Virus record (IMG/VR): IMGVR_UViG_3300007539_004938
Span: 1-64,000 of that record
Length of the DNA: 64,000 nucleotides
From: a virus
Reading direction: 5' to 3' (one strand)
The notes beneath the pieces are model-generated. The model did not search any database and was not told the DNA's origin. It worked only from the letters and a program-made list of their open reading frames with translations. A program made the position numbers and the translations under genes. Positions 26,629 to 34,799 of the stretch are shown in pieces. Each line of letters starts with the position of its first letter. Position 1 is the first letter of the stretch.

Positions 26629-26657
26629 ATTATATATTGTGTTATGCAAAAAGTCAA
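26629..26657 (-). promoter_or_regulatory. Sigma70-type promoter TTGACT-17-TATAAT
   Basis: -35 at 26657-26652, -10 at 26634-26629, exact 17-bp spacer, intergenic. Confidence 0.8.
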
Positions 26658-26660
26658 GTA

Positions 26661-27677
26661 TTAAGTGGGAGGAGTACTTAAATCTTGTGAAACATTTGTT
26701 GTAGTAGCAATAGTTGGTGCTGTTAAACTACAAGCTGTATAAGACACAGAGTTTACTGTAAAACTACTATTAGCTGTACTCGATCTAACATTACTAGTAA
26801 GTGTGCCGGTAACTGTTTCGTCAATAGGATCAAGTACACCGCCGATACCTTGACCGCCTTCGCCAACATCACCGTCGTTGAACTCTATCCTAAATCTAAC
26901 AGCATTACCATCTAATCTTGCTGAAATACTGTAATCATTATCTGCGTAAACACCGCTACCTATCTTTGTAAAAATAACTTGATAACTTGCTGTAAGATCT
27001 ACATATCCGCTATTCAAAGCAGGAGTTCCGCTAGATGCTGTTGTTTCGTATTTGTTAAATGTAATAGTAGACATAGCAGATAGCATAGCTGCCCAATCTG
27101 TGCCTTTTGCACCAGAAGATCCTGTTAAACTAGCATCAAATCTAACAGATCCTCCACTATTAAAAAAATAGTTACGTTGAGTCGTGCTTGCAAAAGTAAC
27201 TGTAACAACATGATAAACGCTTTGCACTTCTGATGCGCCGCCCCATTGTGTAGTACGTGAGCTGGTTTCTGCTGGGCTTAAATCAAAGTTACTTGGAGGA
27301 TATCCAGTTGTTTCGTCATCAAAGTTTTGTATAGTTGTTATAGCACTAGTATAGTCATTGAACCCCATAAGTGTTCCATCTGTAACTGCTGTTTTGGTTC
27401 CAGTTGCTTGATTATAACCAAAACTGGTATCTGCACCTATTGTATTTCCTGCTGTTACTGTTGCTAAACTAGTGTTTAGTGCTCCTGTTTGATGTACAGA
27501 TGCTTTTTGTATATCAATGTATAAATCGAATAGTTGATCTTCAGTGACTGAATCAACCTGCTGGGTAACTGCACTACTATTCAATGTCTGGCCCCAATAA
27601 GAAACAACAATAGAACTTACATTGGTACGCATACCATTGTAATCAGTATCTTGAATCTTATCTCCTGTAGCTACCAA
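26661..27677 (-). CDS. Virion structural protein (tail-associated), TTG start
   Basis: Thr/Ser/Gly-rich. Paralogue of 27722..28609 (shared YWGQTLNSSAV/YGQTLNSSAV, VHQTG, WGG.SEVQSV, FFNSGG, GSGVY.DNDY, PIDE.VTGTLTS). Confidence 0.7.
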   Translation of the reverse strand: MVATGDKIQDTDYNGMRTNVSSIVVSYWGQTLNSSAVTQQVDSVTEDQLFDLYIDIQKASVHQTGALNTSLATVTAGNTIGADTSFGYNQATGTKTAVTDGTLMGFNDYTSAITTIQNFDDETTGYPPSNFDLSPAETSSRTTQWGGASEVQSVYHVVTVTFASTTQRNYFFNSGGSVRFDASLTGSSGAKGTDWAAMLSAMSTITFNKYETTASSGTPALNSGYVDLTASYQVIFTKIGSGVYADNDYSISARLDGNAVRFRIEFNDGDVGEGGQGIGGVLDPIDETVTGTLTSNVRSSTANSSFTVNSVSYTACSLTAPTIATTTNVSQDLSTPPT

Positions 27678-27721
27678 AACTATTCTCCTTTATATATACC
27701 TAACATAAAAAAACAGTTTTG

Positions 27722-28609
27722 TCAAGCTAAAGTTGTTGTTGTAACATAAATTGGTGTTGCCACCTCTACATACGAACCTGTTGCTCTAAGTTGGGATACA
27801 GAACTTGTAAGTGTACCTGTTACAGATTCATCTATTGGACCGTGTCCGCCTGCTCCGCTACCTGCTGCATCATCGTTAAACTCTGCTTTAATAGTAATAA
27901 CGCTTCCATTGGCTTTTGCTTTTAATGTATAATCATTGTCTACATAAACGCCGCTGCCTGTTTTTATTAATAATGTTTGATATGATGTTGTTAAATCGAA
28001 GTTACCTAATCCAGAACTTGTTCCGCTATCTGCTGTAGTATTATTAGACGTAATCTTAATAGTGCCTAATGCAGATAACATACCATTCCATTCTGTATAT
28101 TTGGATCCGGTACCGCCTGTTAGACTTGCTGCTAACCTTATTTCGCCGCCGCTGTTAAAAAAATGTCTTCTATGATCTTCAGAGTTAAATGTAACTGTAA
28201 AATGATGTTCTACACTTTGTACTTCTGAAGTACCACCCCATGACGTTGATCTATCACTTGTTAACTTAGGTTCCGTTGATGCTTGTGTAGTTGCAAATAT
28301 TACAGCAGCATCATTCAGTATACTTGTTGATGCAGATTCGTATTGAACATAAACTGCATCAGTAATATCTTCTTGAGAAATAACATTTGATAGTGTAGGA
28401 GATGCACCCGTTTGGTGTACCCTTGCATTTATCATGTCTGTTTTTAAATTTGTCATGTGAAATGCATTTACAGTATCACTGGTAGATACTGCTGAACTAT
28501 TTAATGTTTGACCATATCCATAAGTACCTGACCCATTTCCATAAACTAGAGCAACCTTTGCTTGCATTTGGTTGTATCTAGTTACTGTGATTATTTCTCC
28601 AACTGCCAT
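27722..28609 (-). CDS. Virion structural protein (tail-associated), tandem paralogue
   Basis: Same motifs as 26661..27677; preceded by a perfect TATAAATA. Confidence 0.7.
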   Translation of the reverse strand: MAVGEIITVTRYNQMQAKVALVYGNGSGTYGYGQTLNSSAVSTSDTVNAFHMTNLKTDMINARVHQTGASPTLSNVISQEDITDAVYVQYESASTSILNDAAVIFATTQASTEPKLTSDRSTSWGGTSEVQSVEHHFTVTFNSEDHRRHFFNSGGEIRLAASLTGGTGSKYTEWNGMLSALGTIKITSNNTTADSGTSSGLGNFDLTTSYQTLLIKTGSGVYVDNDYTLKAKANGSVITIKAEFNDDAAGSGAGGHGPIDESVTGTLTSSVSQLRATGSYVEVATPIYVTTTTLA

Positions 28610-28627
28610 ATCTTTCCTTTACTCGGG

Positions 28628-28635
28628 TATTTATA
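28628..28635 (-). promoter_or_regulatory. T4-type late promoter TATAAATA
   Basis: Exact consensus overlapping the upstream stop codon, followed by AAGGA Shine-Dalgarno. Confidence 0.65.
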
Positions 28636-30199
28636 CCTGTAGTAATACCTCAACTAATTTTTCTTCTTCGTTAGTATTTGTTTCAAGAGCTACTCCAACA
28701 ACTGTATCAGTTGGAATAGTAGATGCAGTACCATCTGACCAACCATAAAGTTTTTGTCCCTTACCTACTGGAAATACCACTTTAACAGGAACACGACCTT
28801 TTAAAGCTATAGCTTGTCCATCACAATCTTCATTCATTAGATAAGCAGGTTTATCGCTTATAACACCAACAGCAACTCCGCCTATTTGATAAGGTTCTAT
28901 TTCAAACTTGCTGTTTTTTCCTACCATCATTACTGTTCCAACAGGATGCTCTACGCCTTCTTCAACAGTATACTTTTCAGCAAGGTCTGCGTAACGAGCT
29001 TTTGTTGCAGTACCAGTGAAAACATTTGCAGTAATATTTCCAGCAGCATCTCTAGCTGCTATTGTATTTGGTGTGGCAGCAGTGGCAGCAGTTCTATTAG
29101 TGCCTCCTACCGATAGTGTATCAGCAGCGGTTGCTTGTCCAGTAAATGTAGTTGCATGAACATTAGCAAACTTGTTTGTGGTTTTACCCAATGTATATGT
29201 TCCATTTCCAAATGGATAAAAATGTGTGCTAGTTAATGTAGCTATTGTTGCACTTGCGCTACTACTTAAAAATTCAAGCATGTTGTGATCTAGTTCTATA
29301 ACAGGTGTATCTCCTGCAACTCCGTCACCACTAGGATCACTACCATTTCTAATTCTTACTGTTATGTCAGCATTGTCGGTACCTACTGTAAATCCTTCGT
29401 CTGCAAACTGAGCAGTTGTTGCACCAGCACTAAAATCCAATGATGTTGTTTTTACATATTCATTTTCTGCATGATAGACACCAGACCCATCTATTAATCC
29501 TTTTGCACTAGCAGCAGTACCCCAATAATAATGACTGTTTCCAGAACTATTACCATTAGCATCTGCCCCATATACTGTTATGCCTTGTTTAATGGTAGAA
29601 AATACACCTACGGTTTGAAGTTCACCAGTTTCGGTTTTTATTTCAGTTGGAACTTCTGTTTGTAAACTATTCACTGCAGGCACAAAATCTGCATTGTGAT
29701 TAAATATTGCAACTATTTTATTGTCAACTACGGCAGCAATAACTGGTTTAGATATACCAGTAACATTTTCAAACAAGGTAAAACTTTGCATAGATGTTGT
29801 ACCAGTACCTGCTTTTTGTGGTCCTATTAGTATCCATGCATTGTTTTCATTTAAACCATACAACTGATCTGTTGCTGTATTCCACCATAGATCGCCTTCT
29901 GCTCTACTAGTAGGAGTTGCACCAGATACTTCAGCACCGCCTGTGCCTTTCCATTGTGTGCCATCATAAACTTTAAGTCTATTTCCACTATTGTCAAACC
30001 AAAGTTGACCAGTAATAGGTTTTGTAGGTGCAGCAGTTCCAGAAAAGTTTTCTAACAAAAATAAAAAGTTTTCATTTTGTGCTTCACCGTAACCTGAATA
30101 GTTTTTACCTATCAGTTTTAAGTCTGTTGTTTGATCAACTGTTCCGTCTTCTACACTTGTTAGAACAGTTCCGTTGAATCTATTTATTGTATATGCCAT
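28631..30199 (-). CDS. Tail fibre-like protein with C-terminal intramolecular chaperone/autocleavage-like domain
   Basis: Shared N-terminal module (LIGKNYSGYGE..NENF..LLENF...GQLWFD...LKVYDG). C-terminal YADLAEKY...GVISDKP...IALKGRVPVKV resembles peptidase G2-type chaperone domains. Confidence 0.7.
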   Translation of the reverse strand: MAYTINRFNGTVLTSVEDGTVDQTTDLKLIGKNYSGYGEAQNENFLFLLENFSGTAAPTKPITGQLWFDNSGNRLKVYDGTQWKGTGGAEVSGATPTSRAEGDLWWNTATDQLYGLNENNAWILIGPQKAGTGTTSMQSFTLFENVTGISKPVIAAVVDNKIVAIFNHNADFVPAVNSLQTEVPTEIKTETGELQTVGVFSTIKQGITVYGADANGNSSGNSHYYWGTAASAKGLIDGSGVYHAENEYVKTTSLDFSAGATTAQFADEGFTVGTDNADITVRIRNGSDPSGDGVAGDTPVIELDHNMLEFLSSSASATIATLTSTHFYPFGNGTYTLGKTTNKFANVHATTFTGQATAADTLSVGGTNRTAATAATPNTIAARDAAGNITANVFTGTATKARYADLAEKYTVEEGVEHPVGTVMMVGKNSKFEIEPYQIGGVAVGVISDKPAYLMNEDCDGQAIALKGRVPVKVVFPVGKGQKLYGWSDGTASTIPTDTVVGVALETNTNEEEKLVEVLLQV

Positions 30200-30225
30200 A
30201 GTTATCTAACCTTGTTATGTTAATG

Positions 30226-30231
30226 TATTTA
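30226..30231 (-). promoter_or_regulatory. Late-type promoter TAAATA
   Basis: Intergenic, upstream of the start at 30199. Confidence 0.4.
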
Positions 30232-30235
30232 CCAG

Positions 30236-32080
30236 TTAAACGCTGGAAACTAAATCAGTGTCAAACTGCCATTGCTGCGATCCGTTAACAACAAAACGTT
30301 TTAAACTTCGAACAACAGTTAATGTAATACCTTGATTGTTCTGTGCAGTGAAAGCAATGTCTTGTAAAACACTTTGGTTTTCTGTACCGTTTTTGTCAAC
30401 AGTAACGAAACTTTTAGACAATCCATCAGTAGCATCATAGTTGTATGTTCCTGTTTGTGTAGTGCCATGTACTCTACAATATACTCCTGGATTTTTTGTA
30501 ATAGCAGGAAATAAATCTTCTATTACTAATGCAATATCACTGTTAGACAATCCTGTAATATCTAATGCAAGTGCTTCGTCTCTATCTAGTGTTGCCGCAT
30601 CTACATATCCTTTTGTTGCAGCAGTATTTGGATCGTCACTAACTTCTGGTGTCCCAACATTTAATATCTTATTGTTATTTGTAAGTGTAATATCACCACC
30701 TACTGTTAATGTCATTGCAGTTGAAACTGTTAAAGTACTACTGTTTAAAGTAAAGTTGTCTACTGAAAGTTCAGTTAATGTGCCTATTTGTGTAAGTCCT
30801 AATGCATTTGTAACACTAGGTGCTAAAGCAGTTGCAGATAATACTTCATTTCCGCCTATTTTATAATGATAACCAGCAGGAACATCAATATACGAATGTG
30901 GTGTCCAAGCATCAGTAGCAAACTTCCATGTCCATGACTTTGAATTACTTTCGTACCCTTCTGGGCCTCCTCTAATAACAAGCCCTGCATCGTCAATATC
31001 TGCACTGTCCGGATATGTGCTACTGTCGTCTGCAACTGCTAGTTCAATCTGATGGTCTTCTAACTGTAAAGTATTTGTAGACAAATAAGTAGTTGGGCCT
31101 AAAACTGTAAGACTTCCCGAAACTCGCATATCACCTGTAAAATCAAAATCGGTGGTAGGAGCACTATTTTTAAAACCAATTCTATAAACATCATTATCGA
31201 TAAAAATAACATCCGTTGGAGTTCCAGATCTTGTAACCTGTATTGCAAAATCATCAGTATTAGATGTAGAGCGTGCTACTACTTTTCCTGTTTCTGCTTT
31301 GAGTAATATTTCAAGGTTAGGACCTATTTTTAATCCTTCTACGTTAGTAACTTGTAATCTAGCACTTACTTCTTGCGTGGTTGTTCCAGCTTTTATTAAA
31401 AAATCATTTGGTGAATACAATGTACTACCATCATATAGGTTACTTGTACTGTTAGCATTACCATAGAAACTAAAGTCACTTTGAAGTTCTGTTGCAATAG
31501 TAATACCCGCTTTGACTACTAGAGAAAATCCTGTTAGTTTAGTTAAGTTATCGGTTGTAGTTGCAGCAGTAAATGCTTCTCTGCTAATAAGCATAGCAGG
31601 TTGATTACCAATTTTGTATATTGTTACAGTTTTACGCTGCCCGTATCTATCAATCAATGTTACAGGTTGTACTCCGGTATATCCTTGAGTGCTATTAAAC
31701 TGAGGACCAGCTAAAATAACATCTACACCGTCGCTAAAATACATTTGTTGATTAACACTGTCAATCCATATATCACCGGCTAACATCGAAGGCTGTGTTG
31801 CACTTACAACAGTTGTATCTGTATTTCTAAACTGTGTGCCATCGTATACTTTTAACCTGCCATCGCTTGTATCGTACCAAATTTGTCCTCTCAACGGATT
31901 GTCAGGTTCTGCAGAGTTCGCAAAGTTTTCTAGTATTTTGACAAAGTTTTCATTCATTACCTCGCCATAACTTGTTGTATTTCTACCAATCAACGTTACG
32001 TCAATAGTTTCTGAATCAATCTTGCCATCTACAAGATCAACTAATAGTGTACCATCTGTTTTGTTTATTTTATACGCCAT
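30236..32080 (-). CDS. Tail fibre-like structural protein
   Basis: Same N-terminal module; beta-rich fibre repeats; AATKGYVD motif typical of phage fibres. Confidence 0.7.
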   Translation of the reverse strand: MAYKINKTDGTLLVDLVDGKIDSETIDVTLIGRNTTSYGEVMNENFVKILENFANSAEPDNPLRGQIWYDTSDGRLKVYDGTQFRNTDTTVVSATQPSMLAGDIWIDSVNQQMYFSDGVDVILAGPQFNSTQGYTGVQPVTLIDRYGQRKTVTIYKIGNQPAMLISREAFTAATTTDNLTKLTGFSLVVKAGITIATELQSDFSFYGNANSTSNLYDGSTLYSPNDFLIKAGTTTQEVSARLQVTNVEGLKIGPNLEILLKAETGKVVARSTSNTDDFAIQVTRSGTPTDVIFIDNDVYRIGFKNSAPTTDFDFTGDMRVSGSLTVLGPTTYLSTNTLQLEDHQIELAVADDSSTYPDSADIDDAGLVIRGGPEGYESNSKSWTWKFATDAWTPHSYIDVPAGYHYKIGGNEVLSATALAPSVTNALGLTQIGTLTELSVDNFTLNSSTLTVSTAMTLTVGGDITLTNNNKILNVGTPEVSDDPNTAATKGYVDAATLDRDEALALDITGLSNSDIALVIEDLFPAITKNPGVYCRVHGTTQTGTYNYDATDGLSKSFVTVDKNGTENQSVLQDIAFTAQNNQGITLTVVRSLKRFVVNGSQQWQFDTDLVSSV

Positions 32081-32092
32081 ATTTACTCCTGC

Positions 32093-34159
32093 TTATGTAG
32101 ATGGTCCAATGTACATGATGTAGTTCATTACAACACTAGGGCTGGTTACGCTAAACTTTTCACCAACTTCTTGATTAATATTATCAATATTTTGTGTTGT
32201 AAATGACACTCCATCAACACCGCCTGTTTTATCTATTCCATATCCTGCTGTATTTCCTACAAGGTTATTTGCTGTTGCGCCTGTATCTGAACCGTCACCT
32301 GCATTTGTTAATGCTAGGTATTGATTTGATGCATCCCCTTCTAAACTGTGTTCATGATTTGGTAGGTTATCTTTTGTTATCCAATCTTCTTCTCTACCTG
32401 ATGTAGTACCTAGTACACTGGTTGATCCCCATGTGTCTGATGGACTTGCTTTATCATATATACGATTTGTATCAGTGTACGAAACATCATTAGGCACATA
32501 ACCTAGCACATGTCTACCTCTTAAATCTGGTACTTTAAAATACAAGGTACTTGATGGAACACCATATAAGTCTCCAATCAACGAATATAAAGAAATATAG
32601 TTAGCTTTTACAAGTTCTTGTCCATGACACAATACCCAATCTGTTTGATCTACAGGTAATGTTTCGCCTGCGTATGGCATTATCATACCTAAAAAGAATG
32701 TAGGTACTGTGCCTACTAATACCGACTGTTTAACTCTACGTATGTCGGTACCTCTAGCAATCAAAATCTCATCAGTACCTTCGATAGTGGTAGATAATGT
32801 TTGACCTGTGATAAAAGCATCGCTTACTGTTGTAACAAACTCTTTTATACTTGTACCGCTACCATCAAATGTAAACTCAGGTGCTGTAACATGACCTGAC
32901 ATTCTAAAAGTTGTAGGACTTGCAAGTTTACCAGCAGAAGCCGATGTACCTGAAATATTTCCAGTAACAGTACCTGTTAGGTTTCCTACAAAGTTATTTG
33001 CATATACAGTATTATACTGTAATGTACTGGTGCCAAGGTTGTAACTTAGATTTGTTTTTGGTGTTAAGTTTTTTGCAACAATATTTTCAGCAACATCAAG
33101 ATCGCCGCCTAGATACATGTTTTGACTTATACCTACGCCGCCTGAAACAACTAAACTACCAGTACTAAAACTTGTACTACCTAAACCTCCGTTAATATTA
33201 ACATTTCCACTTACTACAGCATTTCCTGTTACATCTAACGCTTCTTGTGGGGCTTCGTTTGCAATACCTATTTTCCTGTCAGGTGTAACACGTATTGCGG
33301 TTTTTACTGTACCAGCATCGTTTATTTTAAAGTCTAGGTTACCGTCTGTCGCAGTATGCCTAATCTGTGCTGTACTTCCAGTAATACTTAAACGCAATAA
33401 TCCATTTTCACCAATAGCCAATCCGGTATTGTCAATAATGTTTTGTGCTTTACTAAAGTTATTGGTTACATCTTTTCTAGCAAAAGTTGACGCTGCAATA
33501 TTTGTGTTAGAAATAACTAAGTTTTCTGCAGAAGTTGCTGTACCATATAACTTTGCATCGCTTGCTAGAGTAATACCCTTTTTTAACACAGTTGCTACTG
33601 AGAATCCAGTTTCTGCTTTTTTAAGAGAAAACTCAGTTTGTGCAGTTATACTAACCGGAACATTATTTACTCTATCTATTATAACATTTTCCGTGGTATT
33701 TGTGCTGTTTATTACTTCTTCAAATCTTGATCCGGTACTAGCACCTTCACTATAATCTGGTCCAACTAAAATATATCCACTTCCTGTATAAACATAAACT
33801 TGACTATTTGCAGTATCTACCCAAATATCACCAATTGTACTTGCACTTGCTTGAGGTTCACTTGCTGCTTTTTTTAATCCGCTTGCACTTACCCATTGCG
33901 AACCATCATAAACTTTAAGTTGGTCTACTCCAGTTGTATTATCGTACCATAACTGTCCTTCAACTGGATTAGACGGACTTGTTGCAGAGGCAAAGTTTTC
34001 TAACATTTGAAGAAGATTTGTGTTTAATAGTTCACCAAAATCATTATAGTTTCTACCTATTAAAGTAATACTGGTTTCACTGCTATTTGTAGCACCATCA
34101 TCAACAGTTATAGCGCCTTTATTTGTAAAGTCTGTAAATCTTACTTCATAACCTGCCAT
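32093..34159 (-). CDS. Tail fibre protein with phage tail-collar domain
   Basis: Same N-terminal module. C-terminal GMIMPYAG...WVLCHGQ...LYSLIGDLYG...FKVPDLRGR...LPNHEH...MNYIMY, a collar domain as in T4 gp12-like fibres. Confidence 0.85.
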   Translation of the reverse strand: MAGYEVRFTDFTNKGAITVDDGATNSSETSITLIGRNYNDFGELLNTNLLQMLENFASATSPSNPVEGQLWYDNTTGVDQLKVYDGSQWVSASGLKKAASEPQASASTIGDIWVDTANSQVYVYTGSGYILVGPDYSEGASTGSRFEEVINSTNTTENVIIDRVNNVPVSITAQTEFSLKKAETGFSVATVLKKGITLASDAKLYGTATSAENLVISNTNIAASTFARKDVTNNFSKAQNIIDNTGLAIGENGLLRLSITGSTAQIRHTATDGNLDFKINDAGTVKTAIRVTPDRKIGIANEAPQEALDVTGNAVVSGNVNINGGLGSTSFSTGSLVVSGGVGISQNMYLGGDLDVAENIVAKNLTPKTNLSYNLGTSTLQYNTVYANNFVGNLTGTVTGNISGTSASAGKLASPTTFRMSGHVTAPEFTFDGSGTSIKEFVTTVSDAFITGQTLSTTIEGTDEILIARGTDIRRVKQSVLVGTVPTFFLGMIMPYAGETLPVDQTDWVLCHGQELVKANYISLYSLIGDLYGVPSSTLYFKVPDLRGRHVLGYVPNDVSYTDTNRIYDKASPSDTWGSTSVLGTTSGREEDWITKDNLPNHEHSLEGDASNQYLALTNAGDGSDTGATANNLVGNTAGYGIDKTGGVDGVSFTTQNIDNINQEVGEKFSVTSPSVVMNYIMYIGPST

Positions 34160-34161
34160 TT

Positions 34162-34773
34162 TTACCCCTCACTAAATCCGCTTAAACTTTGCACTCTTAC
34201 AGTGTAATCTATTTGAATAAGTCTATTCAAACTTTTTTGTACAGGGTGAAAAATAACATGAGTGATTAATCTACCAGTTCCGCTTGTGCTATAACTTTTT
34301 AATCCTAACTCATCAAAAACATATATTCCATCTTGGTTAGCAGAAGTATCAAATGCATCTTGTCCTTCAGGCTCTCCGTAATCTAATAAACATGTTACTA
34401 AAATGTCAGTATAGTTAGTACCAGATACGTGTCTAATTTCTGTTTTATTTCTAGTTGGATCGGTATTGTTAACACTTCTGTCATCTACAACTTTATCAAA
34501 TGTTTGATTATACAAAGTTGCATTTGTTCCAGTGCTGTTAGGAGTCAAATAAGTAATGATACCAGTTGGATCAACACTTGTACCGCCATTACCAAAACTC
34601 ATACTATTAATAAAACCCTGTCCTTGATTGGCTAAACTTTCCGCTAATGCTATACTCATGTTTTCATAATGAATAGCATTTCTTTTATTCACTAAAACAT
34701 CGCCTGATATAGGATCATGAATTTTAATATGACCTTCAACGTGTATACCATTTAAATCTTTTAAATCTGTCAT
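34162..34773 (-). CDS. Virion structural protein (baseplate/fibre-associated)
   Basis: Beta-rich ORF in the tail module. Start MTDLK at 34773 preferred, behind ATAAATA and AAGG. Confidence 0.65.
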   Translation of the reverse strand: MTDLKDLNGIHVEGHIKIHDPISGDVLVNKRNAIHYENMSIALAESLANQGQGFINSMSFGNGGTSVDPTGIITYLTPNSTGTNATLYNQTFDKVVDDRSVNNTDPTRNKTEIRHVSGTNYTDILVTCLLDYGEPEGQDAFDTSANQDGIYVFDELGLKSYSTSGTGRLITHVIFHPVQKSLNRLIQIDYTVRVQSLSGFSEG

Positions 34774-34792
34774 TTGTTTGTACCTTATACTG

Positions 34793-34799
34793 TATTTAT
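34793..34799 (-). promoter_or_regulatory. Late-type promoter ATAAATA
   Basis: Overlaps the stop codon of the giant gene, about 20 nt before the start at 34773. Confidence 0.5.

Noticed and set aside
27697-27725. Possible sigma70 promoter (TTGACA on the - strand) upstream of 27677
   Set aside because: At a 17-bp spacer the -10 reads TAGGTA, lacking the conserved final T; too weak to call.
32080-32085. TAAATA touching the ATG of the 30236..32080 gene
   Set aside because: It is the spacer between a clear AGGAG Shine-Dalgarno and the start codon, too close to act as that gene's promoter.
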